Shown here: positions 41,196 through 54,784 of the stretch, piece after piece
Numbering within the stretch: the stretch's first letter is position 1
Layout of the letters: the number at the start of each line of letters is the position of its first letter
DNA from: Hormiphora californensis
Taxonomy: Eukaryota > Animalia > Ctenophora
DNA: 64,000 bases
NCBI GenBank assembly: GCA_020137815.1
Contig: CM035350.1
Span: 4,278,001 to 4,342,000 of the forward strand
Direction of reading: 5' to 3'
Notes under the pieces: generated by a model
Told to the model about the DNA's origin: nothing
The model's database searches: none
The model's input: the letters and a program-made list of their open reading frames with translations, nothing else
Position numbers and translations under genes: made by a program

Positions 41196-41420
41196 TAAAG
41201 TCGGATTTTTTGAAACTGTCACCCCCCTAGAGTTTTCGAATTTCTTTAAATGACCATAAGTCCGGTTCCTGATGAGATAGAGACTTGAAATTTGGAAGTT
41301 ACGAAGATCTTGCTAAGTTCTTCCGAACCTCCAAATTTCAAGTCTCTATCTTATCAGGAACCGGAGATATGACAAATTTTGTTATTTCAGGGGGGTGACA
41401 GTTTCAAAAAATCCGAGTAT
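41196..41420. mobile_element. MITE family A, copy 2, with an internal second inverted repeat
   Basis: TAAAGTCGGATTTTTTGAAACTGTCACCCCCC...GGGGGGTGACAGTTTCAAAAAATCCGA; internal inverted repeat 41261-41295 vs 41330-41365. Confidence 0.85.
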
Positions 41421-41473
41421 ATTTTTTTTAAATTCTTATGATCACAGTGCGATCATGAGAATGAATCAATTAA

Positions 41474-41763
41474 GGGGCGATTCAGAAAGGACGTCCAGGC
41501 CAGGGGTAGGGGGAGGGGGAGCTGGAGGTAGCCGATTTCGGACATCTCTGGACAAGGGGGGCCGGGGAGGGGGGTTGACGCAATTTGGACTGTCCCAAGT
41601 TTTAAAGAAAATTTTACTGATTTTACTAGATATAGGTGGACGAAACTCGGACAGGGGGAGGGAGGGGGTCTGGCAGATTCGGACATTTCTGGACAGGGGG
41701 GGGGGGGGGGGGGGGGGGGGTAAAAATGACCAAAAATCATGGACGTCCTTTTTGAATCGCCCC
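41474..41763. mobile_element. PIF/Harbinger (Tourist)-type MITE
   Basis: TIRs GGGGCGATTCAGAAAGGACGTCC...GGACGTCCTTTTTGAATCGCCCC flanked by TAA on both sides. Confidence 0.85.
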
Positions 41764-42332
41764 TAAATGTATGCCAAAATAATTAAGTGACACTGACTTG
41801 ATAGTCTGAGTATACTGATCGAAAATTCAAACAATATCGGTTTATATAAAAAGGGAAACATTGGTCACACTCACAGCTTGTGTCAACAACTCACAGCAGT
41901 ATCTGCACAATGTATAATATCCAATAATGATACTGTTCTTGATAGAAAACCTTTTAACGTTATTGCAAGGGGCTGATCGGTTAATTTAACACACACAATC
42001 ACATACTTGATACAGATTCATGAAAAATACGCGTATACGTCCGGAAATTCTAAAATGTCAGAAAAGCTTGTAGTCCTAAAGCTTACATTTGTAACTTGAT
42101 ACATGTGACAGCAGTGAATACTGAATGGTTTTTGAATAATGAGTAGATAATACATATTTTAAATGTCTCCCCCTACTCCTGATCAAGTGACACGTCGTTG
42201 CAGCAGCAGCAGCAGAAGTCGTGGACCAATAAGAGGGCCTCATTTCGATCACGTGACCTCCCCAGGTGCTGGCTCAATAGAGAGAACAACACACGGGGTG
42301 TAGTGTATAACAGGGCTATTGTATTGCGGAAT

Positions 42333-43868
42333 ATGTTGGGACTCCTCCTCCTCCTAGTTGTTGTACTGCCATGTTGTGTTCAGGGCCTCACCACTACAAT
42401 GACAACGTGGGATACAAAGTGTTTTATAGAGGACGTACCGGACCGGACCATGATCACTTGTGAGTTTTACACGTGGCAATCAGTTGCCCTGGATATAAAT
42501 ATGCTGTCAGGCCAATGGCTCCTAGGATAGATGATAGCCCCAAATAAGTAGAGTAGATTTGGTGTGTAAATTGTATTTGTAAAACCATTTGCTTGACAAA
42601 GTAAAATGACAAGAAGTCCACTCAGAACAATATTCGTTCTCCAGATAACTACAAGATCCGCATGTTTGATGATCAGCTAGATGCATATCACACGGATCCC
42701 ACCCCTGATGCCAAGTTGTTCTTTACAATTTCAGAACTCAGAAAGGTCGACGATGGCGACCACATCAAGCGTATACAGGTACGTGACAGGAACCGACCGA
42801 ATCAGGAAATACTGGTGCCTGATTGGCTGAAAACCAGTCACGTGACCTAAATAACGAGTTATGATTGGTTGTTTACTTGTTTCGGTCGGTTCCTGGTACG
42901 TGATATATCACGTCTTGCTGATATGGACCACAAGCTATATTTGTGCCTGTTATAGGAGACCCAGTAAAAAGGCTTGGTAACCTGCTGCCCATCTCTCATA
43001 CCCACGTGTAACGAGAGTCAAGAGAGGACTTGTGACTGAAATTAAAGCGGTGGTTTAGGCTATGCTGTTAGTGTTCTCCACTATACCTAACTCCTCTGAT
43101 CTCTCTTTACTACAGGAGTTTAACGGGGGTACTGGTGTGATCCACTACTTTGCTGAGGAGTACGGAGAGTTCAAGTTTTGCCTGGAGCTCCACCCCCAGA
43201 AGAGCAAGGAATGGCAGATGACAACAGGGGTAAGTCACTAACCCGGCAGCTCCCTATATTGCACCTACAAAGGGAGACAACAGGGGTAAGTCACTAACCC
43301 GGCAGCTCCCTATATTAAACAGTTCACCAATGATAGATACACTTAGTGCTGTTAGCATGCATGGGGGCTGTCAGAGAGAGATCAATTATGCTCTTCCATT
43401 GCATTTCCAGTTGACATCATGAAACACGACTCCATTCTTCCAACCCCCCCCCCTTTAGAAACTCCATCTGGAGGTAGAAAGGCAGTATCAGGACGACGCG
43501 GAAGAGCTCATAGAAGAGACCCGAGATGCCATCACGAGAACTCTCCAGAAGACTCTCCGGAAGGTCAAACAGATAAAGATGGAACAACGGTATTATAAGG
43601 TTAGTATATACCAGGGTGCAGTTCAAGACGTGGTTGTTGTTAAGCTATTCAAACTGTATAGTAATTGTGGCATTATTTTTGTGAACAGGGTGCTCACTAC
43701 CGATCTTCCCCCGTTCAGAAACGAGAGCAGGAATTCAGGAGTATTTCATGGCTGACAGCTAACCGTGTAATCTGGTTTGGTGCTCTAACCGCTCTAACCG
43801 TCATTGCCTGTGGCTGCTTCATGGTGCAAAACCTACGGTCTTTCTTTATCGCCAAAAAACTCGTCTAA
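42333..43868 (+). CDS. p24/TMED GOLD-domain cargo receptor, alpha subfamily (TMED4/9-like)
   Basis: Signal peptide; KCFIEDVPDRTMI; GEFKFCL; C-terminal KREQEFRSIS...NRVIWF...LRSFFIAKKLV* with FF and KKxx motifs. About 5 exons. Confidence 0.88.
42787..42895. mobile_element. 109-bp hAT-type MITE inserted at a TMED splice donor
   Basis: TIRs CAGGAACCGACCGAA...TTCGGTCGGTTCCTG; 8-bp TSD GTACGTGA at 42779-42786 and 42896-42903. Confidence 0.92.
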
Positions 43869-44001
43869 CATGAGCTCTGGGTTAAAGCTCCTATATCCAA
43901 GATATAACTAAATATTACAGAGTTATATAATATATTATATCAGAATGTTTATTGTCATTGTTTTTAACACCGTACCCAACTACACAGGGTTATTGTTATT
44001 G

Positions 44002-45859
44002 TCACAAACATCGTGTTTCGCCCGTCATTCCCTCATCAGATGCAACTGGTGATGTGGGTGTTAGGGGTGACATGACCCGGATAACACCCTGGCCCTCATC
44101 ATACACTCTCACACCGGCCTCGTTCACGCTAACCAGATTGTAAGCACTCGGCCGCCCCTGAGTATAACCGCCCTCCGTGTCGCTCTTCCCGCGGCTGCGT
44201 CTCAGGGACCTCCGTAACATGCCGATCCGGGTTGATGCCAACTTGATGTCATCTTTAAAGGAGCTCTTCATGGATCGAGTCCTGCCCATGTAGATGAAGG
44301 GATTGAGTGCGGCGTTGATAAAAACGCTCACTTTGGAACTGAAGATGAAGAGATAGAGAGGGAGGATGTTGGCAAAGTTGACGGATAGCTTGCCGTGTTC
44401 AGTGACCAGGAACAGCACCAGGAATATCCAGAGGGGGACGTGCAGGACAATGTAGGTCAGGGTAAACATCACTATTGTCATGCTCGCCTTGGCTTTGTTC
44501 CGATCGCTCGACCCGGATATCTGGCTCTTCCGGAGCGATGTGACACATAGAGCACAGCTGGCCACCACGAATATACTAGGCAGGAAGAAGGGGATGAAGA
44601 GGGTGGCGTGGTAAAGCAGCTGATAGTAGATATGGTACTTTTTAAAGTCAATAATGTCATCTAATGTCCATGTACACATTGTATACACTGAGTCGTAAAT
44701 GTAGATCTTGCCCCTAGAGAAGGGAAGACACGCCAGGACGCACTGGATGAGCAGATAACAGAGCATTAGAGTGAGAACCTTACTGTTCCCAATTCTCATT
44801 AGTGGGTACCTCAGTGCACATGCACGGGTAACGGATAACACCGCGATCAGGAAGACGGAGTACCGCTCACTCACATTCAACATCACCCCACACACGTTGC
44901 ACAGAGCAGAGACCCCGTATACCCCGGCATAGCCGTGGGGTGATAGCCGGGGTATGGAGAAGGGAACTGCCCCGAAGAGGGAAGTTATCACGTCATTCGC
45001 TGCAATCGCCAGGAAAATCTTTGCGGAGAGGGACTTCCGGTGGGAGAGCAGGATCCGGATTATCATGATGTTACCAACGAATCCAATCACACCTGAAAGA
45101 GGGAGAATGTGTGTTAGAAGTGGGTTAGAAGTGAAGGGTTTGGGAAGGGGAGCCTTCTTTCAAGTATATAATCTGTACATCGGTCTGTATATCCATCGTT
45201 TGATCGTTGCGTGAAGGAAATTTAATTTTCAGCTCGATCAAGGAGAAATAATATCTTGGCCAAGCTGCGTATTAATTGGACGTTAATTGTTTATAATTAT
45301 TTGGCCGACTCTGGTATAATATAGAATGAGCGCGGATCAATTAGCACGCGGTTCAGTGGAGCATTCATAATGAGAGATGGGTTAGTTACAGTAAGAATCA
45401 TGCTGTGTGTGTGTTTGGATGCACGTGTGTGTGTGTCATGACCTGTAATGATTAACCATCACACATACACAGCTTAAAGATCATTCGGTATGTAATTGTA
45501 AAACCTCAAAATACCGCCACTTAGCCATAACAAAGCAAAATGAAGAAAACAGAAAAAGAGAGGAAAAAGATAGGAAGATAGAAAGATAAGAGAACTTCAA
45601 ATGTTCCCTGTCTGACGGCTCTCACACCGGGCCGACAAGTCAGCGAGGCGTTTCAATCCGCGAAAGACAGCCTAAGTAGCATGGCAAAGAGAAGCGGTGA
45701 AGGTACTAGCAGATCGGCCGTCAATCTACCTGTTATGACCGACAGGGCACCATACATAGTGTCAAATGGTCGGGAACTACAACTGACAGACATGATACAG
45801 TCCTCAGTGACGCCGCTATTCTCTGTAGAGGAATTGTGTCTTGGGGTAGTGGGGTTCAT
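44002..45859 (-). CDS. Orphan class A (rhodopsin-family) GPCR, two coding exons
   Basis: Exon 45859-45730 (MNPTTPRHNSS...) splices in phase to 45092-44002. GN in TM1, AANDVI in TM2, LCNVCG, SVTR in place of DRY, HVP in TM6, NAALNPFIY in TM7. Confidence 0.9.
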
Positions 45860-46454
45860 TGCAACATGTTCCCAGTCTGTCGGCTCTCACACACCGCTCG
45901 ACAGACTGCGTAGCATGGCAAAGGGTTCAGGAGGGGGGATATTTTATGAATCAGGGACGGAGATCTCATTGGTTGTCAACAGTCAACACTGTGGAGATTT
46001 CATTGGTTGTGGAGTGTTGGCTGTGATACGAAGTACGAATTCCCGTGTTGAGCGCATTCGTATTATGACACAAATATAATGTTGTTAGGCCATGGAACAA
46101 TTATTGGCCTCATCAAAATGATGCAAAAAATGTTAACATTCGGAAGGTTTACACGGGTTACTCAAATTTTACACACGCCACACGTCCTGGCATCAAAATA
46201 CAATTGAATGCCAATAAAAATGAAAACAAGAATTATTGCATTATGTATTCATAATGCGGTGTTTCCCTGCCCTCCGTCGACAGGATCAGTATCACACTAT
46301 CAGTATCACAATATAAAGGCTTGGTCACAATGTGAGATGCATGCGTCCTGTATGTATATGCAGTTACACAGCTGTTTTACTCTACCCTCACCCCTTCAGC
46401 AACAGTGTTGTGAGCGCCGCGCACAGCTTTGAAAAATAAGCGTCCTGACATCAT

Positions 46455-46652
46455 ATTTCATCAAAACAGTTATTTGATTTTATGAAGGAGCAGTTACTAT
46501 GCTGCTACCGTGACACACGCGATTTTGACCACGCTCGAGTTACTATTTCAAATCCGAGATTTCTAAACCCTTTATGATCTTTTTAGCACACGTGCTAAAA
46601 CAATCATCCGGGTGGATGCCCTTCGGGCATCCACCCGGGCAGGGAAAAAATG
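46455..46652 (+). mobile_element. Dispersed repeat with Helitron-like 3' hairpin, copy 1
   Basis: Shares GATTTCTAAACC...ATGATCTTTTTAGCACACGTGC...CACCCGGGCAGGGAAAAAATG with 59601-59780; perfect 14-bp stem hairpin at 46608-46638. Confidence 0.55.
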
Positions 46653-47178
46653 AAAAACATTGCCGATGGCCCCTTTATTATTATGGGCGGTCATGAGAAA
46701 CAGAACAATAAAATAAGAAATGCCAATGACTAACCAGTTACAAGTGAAGTGAATCCATAAGTAACGTCCATCCCCAGCAGGATCTGAGTCCCATTTGTTA
46801 TGTTGCCATTTGTTATGTTGCCCTCGTCATCGTGATCAACACCCATGGGTGGTATTACTTGGCTGTAAAAATGGGAAACTGTTACGATTAGAAAGAATTA
46901 TGTTTAGGCGTTTCTAGAATCCATGATCACAAAAGAGGGAACTACAGCACTGGGTTATGTTTCCTGCCTCTACTCCATTTCTAGCTAGTGCTAACTAACT
47001 ATCCACTTTATTTTGGGCCCTAACCCGGCCCACATCATTGATGAGGTTAAATTAATCCCCGTGTTCGTGACCTCAGACACAAACATACAAAGAAGGCCTA
47101 AGGAGCTACAAACTAGAAAAGTAACTGCTCAATGGTAATGGTCTCCCTCTCCCAGCTCCCTCTTTCTATGTCTCCACG

Positions 47179-47227
<49 letters not shown>

Positions 47228-49147
47228 AGCTCCCTCTTTCTATGTCTCCACTCTCCATCTCTCTCACTCCCTCAGTATAGTGGCGGGTGGAGTATAAAGA
47301 ATATAAACAGTTGCCAGCCAGCCATTAGCTAATAATTGTAACATAAAGTTGAAAGACACTGGCAGAGAATAGGGTTGGGGTAGCTGACTGACATATAGCA
47401 ATATAGAGACAGAAGACCGGCAAATAGACAATGAAAGAGAGACCGACCGGTGCTGAGGGTTTTCCTAACAATAGTATTTTTCAATTGACACGTACTTTAG
47501 AAGCAATTGTTTTTCAGCTTCATCACCTTCATTGGAAAAACAAAACTCTAGCTCTCACCCACCTCGTTCCACCCTGAACTATAAAAGCAGGTCTAGCTCA
47601 CTAGCCTAGCATATCTTTAATTCTAGCCCTTACAAGTAGACATGAACTCTCAGGAACACATATGGTTGCAATGGCTTGTGACCTGGAAGTGACCTCGAGG
47701 GAATAGAAAGCAGCAAAATTCAAGTTTTCTTGGAATATTTTGGCCGAGACTAAAAGAACTAACAAAACAAGAGAGTAAGGAATTAGGGAGAGAATGCTGA
47801 ACTTTAGTTTTACAATAAGCTGCAAGGTGGAAGAGTGAGAGCTGCAAGAGTGCATTGATCTGCGTTAACTGCTTCAGCGCTGTGCAGAAAAAGGAAAGAG
47901 GTGGAAAAGAGTTAGGGGGAGAGAGAGGGATGGAGGGGATCGAGAAAGTGAGGGATAGTGAAGCGAGTAAGCTTAAATAAACCTACTCCCACCAACTACA
48001 TAGTGGTGGCCCAAGGTGGCCCAATGGCCCACACATACGACATAAACAGCGTAATATTTTACATGATGACCGAAACTGGCACTTTTCGAAGTTCGGATTG
48101 GAACCGCCAAGATACAACTTAAAAGTCTCTCTTCCTCTCTCAGCACTCTTTCTTTCTCTCATTCCCTCTCTCACGAGCATGTGTTTGGGTGACGTTGGCT
48201 CAAACTAAAAAGATAATCGTAATGCGCCTAGCACTAAATGGGATGAACAATAGCCGGGAAAGAAAGGTATTGGATGCAGCGCAGTATCCAATAAATAGAC
48301 ACGCAGTATCGAATAAATAGACACGCATGACGTCCAAACGGTAGGTTATGAGGGTTTCGAGACCTATAATAACACCGTTGACAAGTCTGAGCTCGTCTTG
48401 TTCAGACTATTCGAGAGGAGGAGGAGGAAAATCAGAGACAAGAGTGTGGAGATGGTCACGCCAAACTACCTTCACAGATTCAATGTCACTCTTATCACAG
48501 GGAATTTTTTATCAACTCTCTTTACTTGGGAACACCACCCCACAATCTCGTGCATTCACAGAACGCATTGTTTAGTAAGGAGTGGAGTCAAGAACGAGCA
48601 GTCTGAACTAACAGATATCACGTGGAGATAACGAGCAGCGGACCATGAGTCGAACAGTTGTTGTTGTGCTATGAAGGTGACAACAGTTGCTATAAAGGTG
48701 ACAATGCGTGGATAGTATATAAAGTGTGGACATGCCGGACTGATGGGCTGAAATATGTCAAGCTGGAAGAGGAAATTGTGTGCCGACAGGAGCAGGGAAG
48801 TATGCCGACACGAGCAGAGAAGTGTGACGGGAAAAGGCCCACATATATTACTGCTAATTGTTACTGTACTATCAGAGCATGCTACTTGTTCTCTACTGCT
48901 TCAGATGAAGCACGTTCGTTATATATTCGGCCAGGTAATTGTTGAGGGGTCGGCAAGTAACAAACAAACACCACCACCCCATGATATAAAATGTTGTATG
49001 ACCACCACCCCATCTGATGAATGACATACATGGGACCCTGTAAATGCAGCCCAGTTTGGGAAAACCAGTGACCCAGGTCACAAAAACAATGACTCTCCGA
49101 TAGCCAGGTTACAATCTAGTACCTCCCTTATAGTTCTCTCACTCTCT

Positions 49148-49237
<90 letters not shown>

Positions 49238-49339
49238 TCTTCATTCTAGCTTTGTCTCCTTCTATCGGCTATCTCTTTACAGCACGAATTAGCCGCGGAC
49301 CGGGGACACCCACAGCTTTCGGACACAAGTAATTGCACG

Positions 49340-49434
<95 letters not shown>

Positions 49435-50367
49435 GTGTTCCTGCTGGAATCAATTCATAAATCATGCAACATGGCTTCTACTTCTTCTTCGTGACACAAC
49501 ACCACACTGTATAACTGACTGCTATAATATATGCAGATCCGGAAAGATGTCTCCAATGTCCACTATTATAGACCATTAAATTACTATTGGTAGCAAAGCT
49601 GCAGAAGACGAGGAATAGAGGCGAAAACGTGTCAACTAAAAATCTGACGGACTTTTTTCTGTGAGCTCTGGCTTCGAAGCATTGTGAAACTAGTTTTATT
49701 TCTCAAAACAAATAAAACATAGTTGCTAATACAATGTATATGCAGTTAGGCATGGGATACATGTGCCCAATATGCCATTTTCAAAACATCTGGCTCCCTA
49801 GGGGTGAATCTTTAGGTATCAGACTCAACATAATGCTGCCAGCTGAATCGGGCAACAAAATAGGTATTATATACTGGTAGGCTAAATTTTAGTGTTGGGT
49901 CATTATACTGGAAATGAAGGAGAGAAAGATGGATTGGTCAGAATCCAGACATTAGACAATCATCACTCTCTCTCAATCTTTCTATCTATTTCTCTCTCTC
50001 TCTCTCTCGGTATGCCTTGGCGCTATGGTTGACCGGTGTTCCGACTAACACACTCATACATAATGAGAGACATTATTAATTGATTATCTTCCACTCTCTA
50101 TCTCTCTCACTCTCTCTTGATATTGTTGGTGACGCAGTCACCCTTACAACTCGCGCGCGTAGCGCGCGAAAACGAAGCCCGCGAAGCAGAGAGGTGATGG
50201 CATCACCAATTGATATTGCCATATCGATAATCGGCACCTACGGCCTATCTTTGACATTTTATCTCTGGAATGACTCTCGATCCAACTTATATATTACTGA
50301 CGGGGTCATTTGCGTCAGTAACTCAAACTGTATAGAAGACGTTTCGGAATCCTACGGAAGATTTACC

Positions 50368-51942
50368 GGCAGGTGCACAGTTGCTCGACAGTCTATTTCT
50401 GGCTGCTATTTCTGGCTGCTATTTCTGGCTGCTATTTCTGGCTGCTATTTCTGGCTGCTATTTCTGGCTGCTATTTCTGGCTGCTATTTCTGGCTGCTAA
50501 ATCTATTTCTGGCTGCAAGCAGCCAGAAATAGATTTTAGCAGCCAGAAATAGATTTTAGCAGCCAGAAACAGATTGTGATCAGAGTTCCCCGCCAATTGT
50601 CTTGCTATAAACAGTATTTATGGCGGAGGAGACGGTGGAGGCGGAGTACAGGCTGGATGTTGAGGTAGGAAAGGAGCCGGAGACAGGGGAGTTGGCGGAG
50701 GTGGTAGGTATTCAGGGACTGGAGGGAAAGGGACAGGCGGAACCACTAAGACTTCATCCTCAGGTATAGGAGTGGTAGATGTTGGCTGGTGAGAGCGCTG
50801 GTCCAGATCGACTATGGTGTAATCCTCAGTCGGGCGCTGCTGCTGGTCCTGCTGCTGGACGTGTTGGCGAGGAAGATGGTGGTCGCATAGGAACTGGTCC
50901 ACTATGGTCCTCTCGATGTGCGTATTCGGATCCAAGTTTACGGTCCTCGATACCTCCCGGCAGGCACACAGGTTGAAACGCCGCAGGATCAGGAGCGGAG
51001 ATGTGGGCCGGTTCAGAGGGCAGGCCTAAACCTGGTGTCTTCCCTCCATACAGGGGATACCGAATCACTTCACCGATTCGTCTCCCGTATGCTATACCCA
51101 ATTAGTTGCAGATACCGAATCAATTCACCGATTCGTCTCCCGTATCTGCAGCTAATTGGGTATGGGATACGGGAGAAGAATCGGTGATGATTCGGTATCT
51201 GCAGCTAATTGGGTATGGGATACGGGAGACGAATCGGTGAAGTGATTCGGTAATCGGTATCCCCTGTAGTTATAGAGGGAAGGCACCAGATTCAGGCCTG
51301 CGCTCTGAACAGGCCCATATCTCCGCTCCGGGTCCTGCGGTGTTTCGACCTTTGTGCCTGCCGGGAGGTATCGAGGACCGTAAACCTGGACCCGAATACG
51401 CACATCGAGAGGACCATAGTGGACCAGCTCCTATGCGACCACCATCTTCCTCGCCAATACGTCCAGCAGCAGGACCAGCAGCAGCGCCCGACTGAGGACT
51501 ACACCATACTCGATCTGGACCAGCGCTCTCACCAGCCAGCATCTACCACTCCTATACCTGAGGATGAAGTCTTAGTGGTTCCGCCTGTCCCTTTCCCTCC
51601 AGTCCCTGAATACCTACCACCTCCGCCAACTCCCCTGTCTCCGGCTCCTTTCCTACCTCAACATCCAGCCTGTACTCCGCCTCCACCGTCTCCTCCGCCA
51701 TAAATACTGTTTATAGCAAGACAATTGGCGGGGAACTCACAATCTGTTTCTGGCTGCTAAAATCTATTTCTGGCTGCTAAAATCTATTTCTGGCTGCTAG
51801 ACCCTATTTCTGGCTGCTAAAATCTATTTCTGGCTGCTTGCAGCCAGAAATAGATTTAGCAGCCAGAAATAGATTTAGCAGCCAGAAATAGCAGCCAGAA
51901 ATAGCAGCCAGAAATAGACTGTCGAGCAACTGTGCACCTGCC
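50368..51942. mobile_element. ~1.57-kb foldback palindromic element with satellite-bearing ends and GC-rich cargo
   Basis: Ends GGCAGGTGCACAGTTGCTCGACAGTC...GACTGTCGAGCAACTGTGCACCTGCC; 8-bp TSD GATTTACC at 50360-50367 and 51943-51950. TATTTCTGGCTGC tandem repeats lie near the ends, and the arms pair almost to the centre (~51150). Confidence 0.92.
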
Positions 51943-52171
51943 GATTTACCCGGTCGCTTGTAGTGGGAAAACGGTAATGGAAAACTGAGATACAGATTAC
52001 AGTATGAAGACGCCCAACCGTGGCCAATCAGGGCGCTAGTACGTGCTGAATACATACACTTTTTGCCACGCGTTTAAATGCAAAACATGTGCGTCTCATT
52101 ACTGTATTTCCATTACGGTAATGCGACAACAAACGGCGCTGTAAGAAAAGGACATCCAACACCAATACAAC

Positions 52172-54018
52172 AGCTGGTATTAATAAACGGGGATTCGCGG
52201 ATTCGCGGATAATGTCCCGGATCGCGGATAAAATCGCGGATAATTAATCCCGGATTGGATCGCGGATCGCGGATAAGTAATCACGGATTGCGGATCGGGG
52301 ATAAGTGATCGCGGATTGCGGATTGCGGATTGCGGATCGCGGATTGCGGATCGCGGATCGCGGATAAGTAATCGCGGATTGCGGATCGCGGATTGCGGAT
52401 CGCGGATTGCGGATCGCGGATAAGTAATCGCGGATTGCGGATTGCGGATCGCGGATTGCGGATTGCGGATAAAAAATCGCGGATAAAAAATCGCGGATAA
52501 CGTTTTTATCTCTTTTTAGGCAATTTGTGGTCATTCTAAGGTGATTTTGATCGATTCCAGGTCATTTTGCTCATTTCTATGTCAATTTGGCCATTTCTGT
52601 ACCATTTTTTGGCCACGTTGGTCAATTCTAGTTCATTTCCAGGTCATTCCTGTATATAGTGCATTGTGCTAGACCATTTTCGTGTGGATTTAGATGGTTC
52701 TAGGACACTTTGGTCAATTACGAGTAATTTATGTGTATGTTTGGATACTTTTAGGACTCTAATGTGACCAAAGTGTCCCAGAACCATCTAAATCCACACA
52801 AAAATGGTCTAGCACAATGCACATGGCAGGAATGACCTGGAAATGAACTAGAATTGACCAACGTGGCCAAAAAATGGTACAGAAATGGCCAAATTGACAT
52901 AGAAATGAGCAAAATGACCTGGAATCGATCAAAATCACCTTAGAATGACCACAAGTTGCCTAAAAAGAGATAAAAACGTTATCCGCGATTTTTTATCCGC
53001 GATTTGTTATCCGCAATTTTTTATCCTCGATTTTTTATCCGCGATTTTTTATCCGCGATTTTTTATCCGCGATTTTTTATCCGCGATTTTCTATCCGCGA
53101 TTTTCTATCCGCGATTTTTTATCCGCGATTTTTTATCCGCGATCCGCGATTACTTATCCGCGATCCGCAATCCGCGATTACTAGTATCCGCGATCCGCAA
53201 TCCGCGATTACTTATCCGCGATCCGCAATCCGCGATTACTTATCCGCGATCCGCAATCCGCGATCCGCAATCCGCGATTACTTATCCGCGATCCGCAATC
53301 CGCGATTACTAGTATCCGCGATCCGCAATCCGCGATTACTTATCCGCGATCCGCAATCCGCGATTACTTATCCGCGATCCGCAATCCGCGATCCGCAATC
53401 CGCGATTACTTATCCGCGATCCGCAATCCGCGATTACTTATCCGCGATCCGCAATCCGCAATCCGCGATCCGCGATCTGCAATCCGCGATCCGCAATCCG
53501 CGATTACTTATCCGCGATCCGCAATCCGCAATCCGCAATCCGCAATCCGCGATTACTTATCCGCGATCCGCAATCCGCGATCTGCAATCCGCAATCCGCA
53601 ATCCGCGATTACTTATCGGCGATCCGCGATCCGCAATCCGCGATCCGCGATCCGCAATCCGCAATCCGCAATCCGCGATTACTTATCCGCGATCCGCAAT
53701 CCGCAATCCGCGATCCGCGATCTGCAATCCGCGATCCGCAATCCGCGATTACTTATCCGCGATCCGCAATCCGCGATCCGCAATCCGCGATCCGCGATCT
53801 GCAATCCGCGATCCGCAATCCGCAATCCGCGATTACTTATCCGCGATCCGCAATCCGCAATCCGCGATCCGCAATCCGCGATCACTTATCCCCGATCCGC
53901 AATCCGTGATTACTTATCCGCGATCCGCGATCCAATCCGGGATTAATTATCCGCGATTTTATCCGCGATCCGGGACATTATCCGCGAATCCGCGAATCCC
54001 CGTTTATTAATACCAGCT
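52172..54018. mobile_element. ~1.85-kb foldback element with CpG-rich 6-7-bp satellite in its arms
   Basis: Termini AGCTGGTATTAATAAACGGGG...CCCCGTTTATTAATACCAGCT. (GCGGAT[T/C])n arrays at ~52198-52500 and, inverted and longer, at ~52980-53995. Inner unique arms ~52500-52718 vs ~52766-52980; flanked by AAC. Confidence 0.92.
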
Positions 54019-54217
54019 AACATATCACACACGACATAGAGTGCAGTCACTAGTCAGCAGTTGTTATTGGATGATATCTCCCCACATCTGTCTAAGAGAT
54101 ACACCTAATTAATTAATCTAGACATAAACCATACCGCCCCAAACATTATAGAACTCACGAGAAATGAAATTAACAGGAACTTGGATCAGATATGACCAGT
54201 GCGGATAAGATGCCACT

Positions 54218-54407
<190 letters not shown>

Positions 54408-54784
54408 TACGGAGTGCAAAGAGAGGTGGATACCACTAACGACAATATATGAGAGTCAAAAGACCACACGTAATAGTATTACGACAGCACGTCGCATGGG
54501 TGGATGAAAGAGTTAATTAAGGTGAATAAAATAATAGAATCATGCTACTGCGAGTACTACTACATACTACTACTATCGCAGCTTAGTCAGTTAGTCTTCA
54601 TCAAATTTCACGCTCTCTCAGCCTTCTATCCTTCCACTCAGATCTCTCTCACCCTCTCTCATACTCCGAATTTATCTGTTCCGGTAATAACCCGGCAGAC
54701 TACCGATGAAAGCTCCGTATTCTTTAAATGAACCCTTCAGTTAGGTCTAAAAAGAACTGCCTCACAAAATTTAGATGTCGTATA

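Noticed and set aside
44002-45859. GPCR as an opsin (Lys in TM7, SSKVSVFINAALNPFIY)
   Set aside because: The retinal-binding Lys296 sits 6 residues before the N of NPxxY. Here that position is Phe and the Lys is 10 residues upstream.
48340-49090. Cluster of short ORFs as a gene or transposase remnant
   Set aside because: No recognisable motif, interrupted frames and no convincing splice structure; a translated search would be needed.
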